Source: Patescibacteria group bacterium
GTDB lineage: Bacteria > Patescibacteriota > Microgenomatia > UBA8517
Assembly (NCBI GenBank): GCA_041742135.1
Contig: JBGSJG010000004.1
Location: 171,773 to 235,772, forward strand
Direction of reading: 5' to 3'
Length of the DNA: 64,000 nt
The translations under genes were made by a program, and so were the position numbers. Of the stretch, positions 25,823 through 36,500 are shown in pieces. A model generated the notes under the pieces. That model made no database searches. It was not told the DNA's origin and saw only the letters and a program-made list of their open reading frames with translations. Position 1 is the stretch's first letter. The number at the start of each line of letters is the position of its first letter.

Positions 25823-26878
25823 ATGAAGAGTTTGGAATTCCCCATCGTAGGCACCAAAGTAAAGGGCCTTACAAAATCCTTTGATCTTTCAAGCCCAGTT
25901 GAGCGCAAGAAATACTTTGATGCAAAAGTCGGCGATGAGATAAAAACGATCAAAAAATATCTCAAGAAGGGAACTTTTATTGCTTACTTCTTGGGCAAGA
26001 AAAACTCCGGCAAGGGAACTTATTCCAAGCTCATTACAGAGATTTTTGGAGAGGATAAAATTGCCCACGTTTCAGTAGGCGATGCCGTTCGGGAATTGAC
26101 CTCAAAAGACTACAAAAAAGTTGAAAAGCACTACCGCGGCTATGTGTCTTTTGATGAGTGCATCAAGCGCTTTGAAGGCCGTAGCACGCAGGGAGCACTT
26201 CTGCCAACTGAGTTTATCTTGGCACTTCTTAAGTATAAAATTTCGACGCTTTCAGGCAAAGCCATATTTATCGACGGGCTTCCTCGCGACATGGATCAGG
26301 TAAGCTATTCTTTGTATTTTCGTGATTTGATCAACTACCGTGAAGACCCAGATTTGTTTATCTTGATTGATATTCCTGAGCGTGTAATTGACGCTAGAAT
26401 CAAGGACCGAGTGATTTGCCCGAAGTGCAACACCTCCAGAAGTACTAAGTTTTTTATAACCACTAAACTAGATTACGACGAAAAAGCCAAAAAGTTTTAT
26501 CTCTTGTGTGATAACCCAGATTGTCCGGGAGCCGAGCGAATGGTTCCCAAAGAAGGGGATGAGCTTGGAATTGAGCCTATCCGTGAGCGACTTGTAAAAG
26601 ACGAGGAGATTTTGCGAAAAGTATTTGAGCTTCATGGTGTGCCAAAAGTATTACTTCGTAACCATGTTCCGGCTGATCAAGCTAAAAAGTATTTTGACGA
26701 ATACGAGCTGACTCCAGAATACATACTAAGTTGGGACGCAAAAGATAAAAAGGTCAAGGTTTCTCAAAAGCCTTGGAAGATGAAAGATGACAACAAAACA
26801 GAAAGTTACAGCCTCATGGCAGCTCCAGTTGTAGTAGGGCTTATTAAACAGTTGGTTGAAGCTCTGGAAATTAACTGA
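25823..26878 (+). CDS. Adenylate-kinase-family nucleotide kinase, long form with N- and C-terminal extensions.
   Basis: P-loop GKKNSGKGTYSKLI (GxxGxGKGT). NMP-binding-like VSVGDAVRE. Cys4 zinc LID CPKCNTSRS...CDNPDCPG. 351 aa against ~215 aa for a typical Adk. Confidence 0.6.
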   Translation: MKSLEFPIVGTKVKGLTKSFDLSSPVERKKYFDAKVGDEIKTIKKYLKKGTFIAYFLGKKNSGKGTYSKLITEIFGEDKIAHVSVGDAVRELTSKDYKKVEKHYRGYVSFDECIKRFEGRSTQGALLPTEFILALLKYKISTLSGKAIFIDGLPRDMDQVSYSLYFRDLINYREDPDLFILIDIPERVIDARIKDRVICPKCNTSRSTKFFITTKLDYDEKAKKFYLLCDNPDCPGAERMVPKEGDELGIEPIRERLVKDEEILRKVFELHGVPKVLLRNHVPADQAKKYFDEYELTPEYILSWDAKDKKVKVSQKPWKMKDDNKTESYSLMAAPVVVGLIKQLVEALEIN

Positions 26879-26940
26879 TTTTGCTCTATTGATTTGCACC
26901 TCAATTCGTAGTTAACTGTAATTATTGTTACACTATAGTA

Positions 26941-28566
26941 GTGCCAAAGAATAAAGCAGCTACCAGCCTGAGAAAAGTTACAACAAGTGCCTCGGTGATC
27001 ATTTCTGCAGTCGTGCTGATAATTCTTTTGGTATGGTCGCAGGCAAATAGCCTTAGTTCGCGTATTGGTGCTCAGACAACTAGCTTTGTTCAAGTTTCAG
27101 GCAGAAACCTAGTTTACAATGGGCAGAACGTTACCTTAAAAGGCACCAATTTTAACAACCTTGAGGCTCTAAATGCTGAGTGGGGCGAAGGTAGCGGGCA
27201 GTGGATTGGTGGAATCAATTCTAATATCGGCGAGCTAACGATTAACGAGGCGGATTATCAATTGTTGTCACAACTAGGCGCTAATCATGTCCGCTTTGGC
27301 ATTAGTTTTAGCTGGTGGAGGGACAACAGGACCGAGTTTTTTCGCGTAATGGATCAGCATATCCAGTGGGCTAGAGAGAATGACCTATGGATGGTTCTAA
27401 ACTTATTTACGACCCCGGGGGACTGCTACGAAGGCTACAGTGCATACTGCGACTTATATATAAACTCCACTGAACAGGAACAGCTTCGAGATTTTTGGAG
27501 AGATGTGGCGGCACATTATGCGAATGAACCGGTCGTTGCGGGGTACGATTTAATAAATGAACCTGTCAGTAGAGCCGAGGCAGGCTGGGGTTCCGGTTGG
27601 AAGAATTTAGCACAGTCTGTGGTAGACGTAATTCGCGAGGTCGACCAAAATCACGCGATATTTTATATGACGACTCCAGACCAAAGTTTCAGTAATGGTC
27701 AACTTAACGACAGCAATGTGGTTTACCAGATACACGATTATGCGCCTTTGGCTATGAGCCACTGTGGAACTAGTCCGGGGAGGATTACATACCCAGGAAC
27801 AGCTCAAGGTGTGTATTGGGATTTGGATAGCCAACTAAATGGAAGAGCGCTTAAAGACAGGTTGCCGGCCATAGAATGGACTATGGCTAATAATTTGCCA
27901 TTATATATTGGTGAGTGGGGAGCACAAGGAGATTGCTTGGCTGGAAGAGAGCAATACACTGCCGACAAGGCGACCATTTACAACGCGTGGGGATTGCACC
28001 ATGCTCACTTTGTTTGGCAAGGCAGCAGCCGGCACTGGGGACTTTTCCCTGCAGATAGTTCAAATCCTCACTCTTCCGCGATGCTTGCTGCGGTACAGAC
28101 GAGTTGGGCCGGTAGTGTAAGCCCAAATTTCTCTGGGACTGCTCCTGAATATCCGCCTGTCGGCACATTGCCTACGGGCCCTGGCGCACCTGTTGTTCCC
28201 GTTCCGTCTGGCGCGGGGCCTTTGGAACCCGGTACACCTGCGGTGACCACGCCTTCCGACACGGCCGGGGAAGTTGTTGGCGATTGTGCTCCCGAGCACA
28301 TCTCTACTGCAATTGGCTGCGTGCCTTTGGCTGATGTTCCAGAAATCGCGCGATTTTTTCTGCAGTGGGCACTAGGGACCGCTGGCGGAGTCGGAATATT
28401 TTTGATAGCCTTTGCGGCATATAGAATTTCGACTTCTCAAGGTGACCCGAGAAAGCTTCAAGGCGGGCAAGAGTTGTTACTTTCTGCAATTGGAGGCTTA
28501 GTAATGCTTGTCTTGTCAGTGTTTCTGCTCCGATTTGTGGGGGTTAATTTACTGGGTCTTTTTTAG
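26941..28566 (+). CDS. GH5-family glycoside hydrolase (cellulase/mannanase-like) with N-terminal signal anchor, Pro-rich linker and C-terminal TM segment.
   Basis: Catalytic acid/base in LINEPVS (NEP) and nucleophile in LYIGEWGAQGD (GEW). N-terminal hydrophobic VIISAVVLIILLVW. C-terminal PVGTLPTGPGAPVVPVPSGAGP linker + GLVMLVLSVFLLRFVG. Confidence 0.8.
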   Translation: MPKNKAATSLRKVTTSASVIISAVVLIILLVWSQANSLSSRIGAQTTSFVQVSGRNLVYNGQNVTLKGTNFNNLEALNAEWGEGSGQWIGGINSNIGELTINEADYQLLSQLGANHVRFGISFSWWRDNRTEFFRVMDQHIQWARENDLWMVLNLFTTPGDCYEGYSAYCDLYINSTEQEQLRDFWRDVAAHYANEPVVAGYDLINEPVSRAEAGWGSGWKNLAQSVVDVIREVDQNHAIFYMTTPDQSFSNGQLNDSNVVYQIHDYAPLAMSHCGTSPGRITYPGTAQGVYWDLDSQLNGRALKDRLPAIEWTMANNLPLYIGEWGAQGDCLAGREQYTADKATIYNAWGLHHAHFVWQGSSRHWGLFPADSSNPHSSAMLAAVQTSWAGSVSPNFSGTAPEYPPVGTLPTGPGAPVVPVPSGAGPLEPGTPAVTTPSDTAGEVVGDCAPEHISTAIGCVPLADVPEIARFFLQWALGTAGGVGIFLIAFAAYRISTSQGDPRKLQGGQELLLSAIGGLVMLVLSVFLLRFVGVNLLGLF

Positions 28567-28578
28567 GCTATCCGTCTC

Positions 28579-31500
28579 TCATTCACTGAAATTGACACTC
28601 GCTCCACCGTTATATAGCTTTTTGACTTGTGCAGCAGACAGGGAATAGTTATAAATCCTAACTTCGTCTATTAGCCCAGCGAATAACTCCGTAGGGCTTG
28701 AACTCGCTCTAGCTCCAACAAGAGGAAGCTCTGCAGTTATGGCGCCACCATTTGCGGTGGTGTTAGCGCTAGTCGCTGCTGAAATGCCGTCGATGTAAAT
28801 TACCGAGCCAGATGCTGTGGAAAAAGTTGCCGTTATGTGGTGCCAGTCTCCATCGTTCACGGTACGTGTAGTCGCGATCCCCTCGATAATGTCACCAGAA
28901 GAATCAAAACGAATTAACCTAACTGTCCCCGCCGAATCAACTCTAAATTGCCACTGCCTCGAGGTGCCTGCAGAACCAGAGTCCTTGCCTACAACTTGCC
29001 CAATTGATTCGGAAGATGTTTTTACCCAGGCTGAAAAGGAGTAATCATTAGTTACTGCCAAACTGGCAGGTAGGGATACATAGTCATTTGTTCCATCAAA
29101 TTCGAGTGATGAGCTGAATTTTCCGTCTGAACCGTCTGCCCACATTTCTCCGGCCGCGCCAGCACAAGTTCCAACCGAATCATTAGTGCCTGATGTGTCT
29201 CCGGCTGTAATAGTTCCATTTAAGCCATTGCCGCTTGCGTCGTAAGCTGTGCTTCCTTGGCATTCATCAAGCCGCCAGTGGGCGATAGGCTCACCACGAT
29301 TGTAGTCATAAGCGATTTGAGAAGCTGTGCGAGCATAGTCGTATATTTTGAGATCATCGATTTGTCCATTAAAGTCACTAGCGCAAGAGACTCCACCTTT
29401 TTGGCCTAGGACGAGTTGAGGAGAGGTGAAATTGTAAGTTGAAGCGGCCGTGGTCCCTGTGGCCACAAGCTGGCCGTTTACCCAAAGTTGGGTACTATTT
29501 GCACCGACAAAAATCCCCGTAATGTGGTACCAAGTGTTTGCTTGCAGTCCAGTTGTGTATGTTGTGCGCTCTTGCGCGCCATCCCAGACGTAAAACGACA
29601 ATCTGCCAACATTGTCGATCATGAACCCTTTGTCTAGAGTGGTACTTGAATAACCGGTTTCAGTGAGCATTACTGGGCAGCTATATGAGCTACCGGGAAT
29701 CGCAGATAGCTTAATCCAGGTACTGAAAGTGATAGGAGAAGTTCCGGAAATATCAAGAGCACTTGCATCACCAGACTGAACATAGTCGCCAGAGGCATCA
29801 AAATTTAAGGCATTTCCTACTTTTCCTCTGGTCCATGTTGCATTTGTTATCGCGCCATCAATCGCATTACCGCTTCTGTCGCATACATCGTTTGCTCCGC
29901 CGGTGCATGTGTTGTCTTGCTTCTCGTCCATTGTCCAGTATGCAACTGGGGGGTTTCCGGCACCATCTGCAAGTTGGCTGGCCTCACTTGCAGCTGTAAC
30001 CCCAAAGTCTACTGAACTGCCTGCATTTAGGTCTTGGAAAACTTGGTCTTGCGACAGGGGAACATTGTACAGTCTGACATGATCGATTGACCCTTCGTGA
30101 TACCCCACACTTTCGACTCTGCCAATATCAAAATCGCTCGCACTAAGGCTTGTTTGAGTTGTTACTAAAACATGCGACCATACACCTGCGGCGATTGTAC
30201 TAGTTTGCTTGCCGTTTACGTAAATTGTCGGCGTGGTGAACCCTTGTGCTGTTACTGTCCCTGAATTTATCCAAACATACGCCGTGCCGTTTATGTCGAT
30301 CGGGTATTCGGTTGTTGTGGTTGGGTTAACCCAAAAGGAAACTGCATTGACAGTTGTAGGCCCAGTGCCTACGTCTACATAGTCGGCAGAACCATCGAAC
30401 AATAAACAACCTTGGATTTTGCAATCAGCCTTTGTTTTCCAAGTCGGGTCGTCAGTTGTTGCTGTCGCGTTTGCGCCCCGCGTACCGTTAAACGAAGATG
30501 TCAGTTTGCTTTCGTTATTGATAGTTTGCCCTTGCTGTTCATCAAGCGCATAAAACACAATTGGGTCAGGCAGAACATTTCCAGAAGCCAGAGAAGAAAA
30601 CCCAGCCATGTCTTGAAGAATTTGTTCGTTGGTTCTTGCGTAATTATAGATTCTGACATCGTCTATGGCGCCATCCATAGAATTGACGGTGCCTGAAATG
30701 TTCTCTCCGCCTATAATCAACTTGTCTTCACTTGATATATCATCAAACCAACTCGCGGTGGTGGAATCCCCAGTCACATATGTTAATGTAACTGGACTTC
30801 CATTAACAAAAAACGCGTTGCCTGTGCTGCTTACTCGAAAAGCAATGTGATTCCATGTTCCGTCGCTACTGGCGGCTCCCAAATCATACGAAGCCCTAAA
30901 CAGAGTTGACGTAGTTTTGAGTAGGATTTCCAGCGTATTGTTACTGCTAAACTGCATCCTGAATAAATGGTTAACTGTCCCGCTGTCTCCATAGTAGAAA
31001 AGTGGTTTGTTGATTCCGACTGCGGGTCGTTTAAACCATAGCTCAACCGTCCCACTACTGTTTGCTCCAATTACAGACGAGACATCCCCAAAATCAATAT
31101 GCTGGGTAGACCCACTGAAGTTAACTGCCGATCCATATTTACCCTGTACCCAAATTGGGGAATTGGTAAGAGTTCCAGTTATCCCACTACTTGAAGAATC
31201 CGCCACACTGGTCCCAGTTCCTTCTTCAAGTTTCCAATACCCAACAGGGCCTGGTGAAAGATTGTATAGATCTACCACTTCTCCCGGTGATAAATACCTC
31301 ATCCATGCTCGAGCTTCATCGATTGTTCCATCCATGTAGCTGGATGAAGCCCGTCCGATATAAAATTGGTTTGAGGTCGTGATGGCAGTCTCGCTTGTTA
31401 CTACTACATGCTGCCAGACATCTGCTGTGATGGTTTGGGTTTCAACGCCGTTTACATAATATTTGGGTAATGAAAAACCAGTCGCTGACAAGGTGCCTGA

Positions 31501-33540
31501 TGAGGAGCTTATGTATGTTGAGGCATTTAGGTTCATATAGTAGTTTGTATTACTATCAGGGTTTACCCAGAAAGCCACAGATTTTATTCCTGTCAAGGTT
31601 GATGCTGTTGAGAAATATTGATTCGAAGCGGGGACAAATTCTGCGGCATTTGCGTATTTTCCTCCAACGTATGTCGCAGTGCCGTTGTTTGTTAAGGTAA
31701 ATGGTAAGCTAGAAGAGTCAGCAGCGTTTCCGCTAGTTTCATCAAATTTCCAGTATCCAATTAATCCATTGGATAAATTACTGTTGCTTGCTCCGAGTAC
31801 GGCGGCGGCGCCGATTGCGTCTGCAAATACTTGACCGGCGCTTCTGGCGTATGGATATATTTTGACTTCGTCAATCACGCCATCAAAGTAAATAGTGCCT
31901 GAGTTGTTAATACTTCTTCCAATTGTTAGGCTTGAGTTATCGTAGGTTATTGCGTTGGAGTATACTGTAGTCGTCACCTCCGCACCGTTAATATAAAGAC
32001 GATATGTGGTGCCATCATATGTACCCTCAAGGTGGTACCAACTACCAGAGAGTAGCGATGTAGCATATGTCGCTCCTCGCCAAGCTGTGCTTTCAGCTGT
32101 CCAAAAAGCTACACTCCCGCCCGAATATCCAAGATAATAACCCTTCCCTGTGATGTTGGAGTTATTATTGTTTTTTATGACAAAGCCTTTCATGGTTGAT
32201 GCTCCAGACAAAGTGGAGCCGGGCTTTATCCAAGCGCTTACGGATAAATTCTGCGGCTCTAGTGTGTCGGAATCAGTAACGCTGATATAGTCTGCAGTCC
32301 CATCAAAATCCAAACATTTACCGCTTTTGCACAAATCACCATCGCGCCAAAGTGGGGTACCTGTTTCAACCCCTTCATTCTTGTTGTCGCTGCTATCGCA
32401 TACGTCACCCCCGGACGGGCAGGTATTAAATGCGCCCTCATCAAATTTCCATTCTCCGATTGGTCCTGGCGTAGTTTCTTCCGAAGCTACAGCAGCACTG
32501 GGTTCAGTAGCGCTGTACTTTCTAACCTTTGCCCATTCAACATCTCGTGAACCTGAAGCGCTTTGTGCAATTCCTAAATACATGTATAGCGAGCCTATGG
32601 TGTTTGTGCTATCGGTGCCCGAAACACTTGCAGAATAGTTAATAAATGTTTTCTGATTTCCTGTTGCCACCCAAGAGATGCCCCAAACCGAGCTGCTGGG
32701 GTAAGAAATTGCTGAGCTTGATACAACCGCACCTGTGGCTGCCGTGTCCAAAACAAGTCTGAAAAGGGCAGAGCAACAAAAGTGATCTATTGAGTAATTT
32801 GGGTAATAGTTTTCGTTTGCTTTTTGTGTAGTGGCGGTACTTTGCCCCATTCTAATAACCGTATTGCCGGTAGTTGCTGAACCAGTTCTTGCCTCAAGTA
32901 AAACTGGGTTGGTGAATGTTTGTCTCGAGTATAGCCAGTAGCTGTGATCATTCGCTCCAGACGTAAATGTTACTTTACCACCGCTAACTGCAGCTGAACC
33001 GCCTCCGTCTTGAACACCCCATTTGGCAGTGTCAATTGCCGTACCACTAAAGGTGTCAAAAAGCATGAAAGTTTCTTCCGGGTTTTGACCATTTGTTGCT
33101 GAAGGATTGCCATAATATACATACACAGTTGCACCGGTTGTTGGGATAGAAGGGATTTTGACCCAAATATTAGTATCAGTCTCGTTGCACATAAAGTCTC
33201 CTTCTTCAATCCAGAAGGGGAGAGTCTTGCCGTTTGCATCAGTTACTCGTACGTCGTCACAATCGGATTGCATTTTTCCTGCAGTAACCAAGGCGTTTGT
33301 GTCCATAACGATCTTTGTTTGAAAGTCGCTCAAGGCACCGCCGCTTGCGTTTGCTACATCAATACGTTTGCGATAAGCATACCCCGGATCGAACCATCCG
33401 GCTTCTGAAGATGATGGTTTAAAGAGCGAAACAGCAACTATAGGTAATAAAATCACCAACAAGCCTAGGGCGATATAAGTGCGCAACTTTATCTTTTTGG
33501 GTAATTTAATTGCTCTTAAGCGTGGGTGAATATTTGTCAT
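28579..33540 (-). CDS. Giant secreted/anchored protein (1653 aa): N-terminal signal anchor, DUF2341-like domain, ~6 LamG/concanavalin-A-like lectin modules.
   Basis: N-terminus is KLRTYIALGLLVILLPIVAVSLF. The DUF2341-like segment is GWFDPGYAYRKRIDVANASGGALSDFQ. The LamG_3-type module ends IDEVKIYPYARS, IDEARAWMRYLS, IDDVRIYNYART, IDHVRLYNVPLS, IDDLKIYDYART and IDEVRIYNYSLS recur. It lies 20 nt downstream of the previous giant gene. Confidence 0.8.
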   Translation of the reverse strand: MTNIHPRLRAIKLPKKIKLRTYIALGLLVILLPIVAVSLFKPSSSEAGWFDPGYAYRKRIDVANASGGALSDFQTKIVMDTNALVTAGKMQSDCDDVRVTDANGKTLPFWIEEGDFMCNETDTNIWVKIPSIPTTGATVYVYYGNPSATNGQNPEETFMLFDTFSGTAIDTAKWGVQDGGGSAAVSGGKVTFTSGANDHSYWLYSRQTFTNPVLLEARTGSATTGNTVIRMGQSTATTQKANENYYPNYSIDHFCCSALFRLVLDTAATGAVVSSSAISYPSSSVWGISWVATGNQKTFINYSASVSGTDSTNTIGSLYMYLGIAQSASGSRDVEWAKVRKYSATEPSAAVASEETTPGPIGEWKFDEGAFNTCPSGGDVCDSSDNKNEGVETGTPLWRDGDLCKSGKCLDFDGTADYISVTDSDTLEPQNLSVSAWIKPGSTLSGASTMKGFVIKNNNNSNITGKGYYLGYSGGSVAFWTAESTAWRGATYATSLLSGSWYHLEGTYDGTTYRLYINGAEVTTTVYSNAITYDNSSLTIGRSINNSGTIYFDGVIDEVKIYPYARSAGQVFADAIGAAAVLGASNSNLSNGLIGYWKFDETSGNAADSSSLPFTLTNNGTATYVGGKYANAAEFVPASNQYFSTASTLTGIKSVAFWVNPDSNTNYYMNLNASTYISSSSGTLSATGFSLPKYYVNGVETQTITADVWQHVVVTSETAITTSNQFYIGRASSSYMDGTIDEARAWMRYLSPGEVVDLYNLSPGPVGYWKLEEGTGTSVADSSSSGITGTLTNSPIWVQGKYGSAVNFSGSTQHIDFGDVSSVIGANSSGTVELWFKRPAVGINKPLFYYGDSGTVNHLFRMQFSSNNTLEILLKTTSTLFRASYDLGAASSDGTWNHIAFRVSSTGNAFFVNGSPVTLTYVTGDSTTASWFDDISSEDKLIIGGENISGTVNSMDGAIDDVRIYNYARTNEQILQDMAGFSSLASGNVLPDPIVFYALDEQQGQTINNESKLTSSFNGTRGANATATTDDPTWKTKADCKIQGCLLFDGSADYVDVGTGPTTVNAVSFWVNPTTTTEYPIDINGTAYVWINSGTVTAQGFTTPTIYVNGKQTSTIAAGVWSHVLVTTQTSLSASDFDIGRVESVGYHEGSIDHVRLYNVPLSQDQVFQDLNAGSSVDFGVTAASEASQLADGAGNPPVAYWTMDEKQDNTCTGGANDVCDRSGNAIDGAITNATWTRGKVGNALNFDASGDYVQSGDASALDISGTSPITFSTWIKLSAIPGSSYSCPVMLTETGYSSTTLDKGFMIDNVGRLSFYVWDGAQERTTYTTGLQANTWYHITGIFVGANSTQLWVNGQLVATGTTAASTYNFTSPQLVLGQKGGVSCASDFNGQIDDLKIYDYARTASQIAYDYNRGEPIAHWRLDECQGSTAYDASGNGLNGTITAGDTSGTNDSVGTCAGAAGEMWADGSDGKFSSSLEFDGTNDYVSLPASLAVTNDYSFSAWVKTSSESIGQVVGKDSGSAGTSRQWQFRVDSAGTVRLIRFDSSGDIIEGIATTRTVNDGDWHHITATFSTASGSVIYIDGISAATSANTTANGGAITAELPLVGARASSSPTELFAGLIDEVRIYNYSLSAAQVKKLYNGGASVNFSE

Positions 33541-33560
33541 GGAAATTTAATTTTATAATA

Positions 33561-36500
33561 TTAAGGCGTTCCACTAACAGGCCCGAAACGGCCGCCTGAG
33601 TTCTCGTTTACCAGCTTTTGAATCTGAGAGGAGGATAGAGCGTATTTATAGACCCGCACATCATCAATCTTGCCCGTAAAAAATTGACTACTAGAACCAA
33701 AGGCGCCAATCGTCGAGCTCAGAGTGTTTTCAGAAATTGTACCCGTAGCAGGCTCCGAACCATCAAGCTTACCATTAAGATAAAGTTTGACAGTAGTACC
33801 GTCATAAGTTGCAGCAATGTGATGCCACTGGTTGTTTGAAATTGTGGTTGAACTCGTGGTTGAGTCTGATGTTAAATCTGAAGATCTAAAACGAATTTTT
33901 CTGTCAAATACTCCTAAATAAAACCCCGATGTGTCTTTGTAGAAGACAACATCCAAGTCGCTTGAAGGCAAGGAAGTGCCATAAATCCAGGCAGATACTG
34001 TAAGTTGATAAAAATCTCTTAACAAAGACTGGTTGCCTAGGTTTATATAGTCGTTTGTACCATCAAACTCTATGGATGAGTTGTATTTTCCGCTCGCGCC
34101 ATCTGCCCGCATTTCTCCAGCACTCCCAGCACAAGTCCCAACGCTGTCGTTAGACCCTGTTGCGTCTCCGGGTTCGATTGTACCGGTCATCGCGTTTCCA
34201 CTCGAGTCGTAAACAGTTGTCCCTGTACACTCATCCATCTTCCACCAGCCTACTGGGTCACCGCGATTGTAGTCGTATGCAACTTGTGCTGGGGTGCGGG
34301 CATAATTGTAAATAATTACTTCATCGATAGCTCCATCAAATTTTTCACTGGGCGCGGTAGAAGGTGGCATAGAGCCTATCACAAAAGGAAGTGTGTTGTC
34401 GCTCATCAATTGAGTCACTGTGCCTTGATTTGAAATCATACCGTTTACGTAAATCCGTTCTGTGGTGCCATCCCTAGTGTAAACAATGTGGCTCCAGGTG
34501 TTTGCAGCGATATTTGCGGTAGAAGTAGCAAAGCTTTGCCAGCCGCTTCCGTTGAGATAGCTGACATAAATTTCGTCTTGGTCTAAGACTAGGCTATAGG
34601 CACGAGCTGACCAGTCGCCCGTGCTTCCTTTGTGTAGAAAAAGTTGATCGTCGATGGATACTGAATCTGGTTTGATCCAAGCTTCAAGGGTCATGTTGTC
34701 GCCAAGGCTGAGTACACTATTGTGGTTTACAGACACGTAGTCATTACTTCCATCAAAGCGAATGGCAGAGCCGTATTTGCCTAAATCCCAAGTTGGGCCG
34801 TTGGTCATGATCAGGTCGTTGCTGTTTTCCGAAGTGTCACAAGCGTCGTTACTGCCACCACTGCAAGTGTAGTTTTTGTTTTCGTCGAAACTCCATTTGC
34901 CAACTGGTGGATTGCCGGCACCATCGACAACTTGTGTGCTTTCACCCAATGCAGTAGAGCCAAAACTGGAAACAGAATTGGCATTCATATCTATCAATAT
35001 TTGGGGCGCAGTTAAATCATCCGAATAAATTTTGACATCATCTATAAAACCTGTGAAGCCGGTATTCGTCGCTTGGCTGTCATCGCTGTCGTAATCGCCG
35101 ACGGTAAAGTCAGCAGTAGTCCCGCCTTCAATCCCCAAGAAAGATCCGTTGGCTGTGTTTGATGCTACATGGTTTCCGTTTACATAAAGTTTCAGATCCC
35201 CAGCAGCTCCAGCTGCGCCTCCATTAAAAGTGAACGCAACATGATACCAAGTGTTTACTGCCGCGGTATTGTCGCTTGCTACAGCGGAGATCACTTGGTT
35301 GGCCGACTCGTCGTAGATTTCAATTCCAAAATGAGACGATGTGGAGTCGCCATCCATAAACATTCTGTAAGCCCGCTGGTCCGTGGATCCATCGTGTTCC
35401 CATTTTGCGATTATGGCGTCTTGGTCGCCCGAGGCGGGGAGAGTTGTTGAGTAAACCCAAGCACTGCCGCTAAATGCTTCACCTGCGTCAAAATCGACGT
35501 TGCTATCGGAAGCTGTAGCAATAGTTACTACGTCTCCAGTTCCGTCAAATTGCAAACAGCCGTTAATTTTGCAGTTTGCTTTCGATTTCCATAGTGCGTT
35601 AGCGACTGTACCATCAGTGCCCAAGTCGACATCGTTGTAAGCGGTTGCGCCTTGAGCCTCGTCAAATTTCCAAAAGATCGTCTGTGAGCCGATTGGTGAG
35701 CCTCCCAGAGGATGCCCGCCGTTCATGTCTTCGATGATTTGCCCATTTGTCCGTGGATAGTTATAAACCCTTACGTCATCGATGTAACCATTGAATGCTT
35801 GGGTCGGCGCATCGCTTCTGGCGGCTCCAATCGTTGTCCACTCATCTAGAAGCGGAGTAACCCAAGCAGTCCAAGCTCCATCGTTGTTAAAAATCTGCTC
35901 TCCGTTTATGTATGCAATCACATGTCCGTTTGGATTATCCCAAGTCAAAGCAACATGAAACCAATCCGTTTCAGCAGTGGAGTAATCATAGGCAACTATG
36001 TCAGAAGAATTGGTTCTAAAATAAAAACGTAAATCGTTACTAACCGAACTTTTAGCTATTTCAAATCGATCGACGTTACTGGGAACGAAGTGGAATATCT
36101 GTCTGTAACTTCCATCTGTCCAAACGTTGGCGTTTCTAACCTTTATCCAAGCCGCCAGAGTGCCGCTGTTACCATTAAAATCGTCGCTAAAACCTGTGCT
36201 ATACATGTCAATAGCGTTATCGCTGCCGTCAAAAGTTAGTGCTCCACCATATTTTCCTTGAACCCAGTCGGTTGTAGCAAAATTTTCACCTGTACCAGAA
36301 TTATTGTTTCCAGAACTATCTACTATGGTTTCGGTTGTTGAAGTTTTATCTAAGCGGTAATAAGCAAATGGCCCTGGTGCCCAGTTGTAAAGCCTTTGAA
36401 TCTCTGATCCCGATAACGCACGGTTGTAAACTCTTGCTTCATCTATGTACCCGTCATAGTATCCCGTAGCACCTCCTGTTGAGTCTTCGGCTCCGATATG

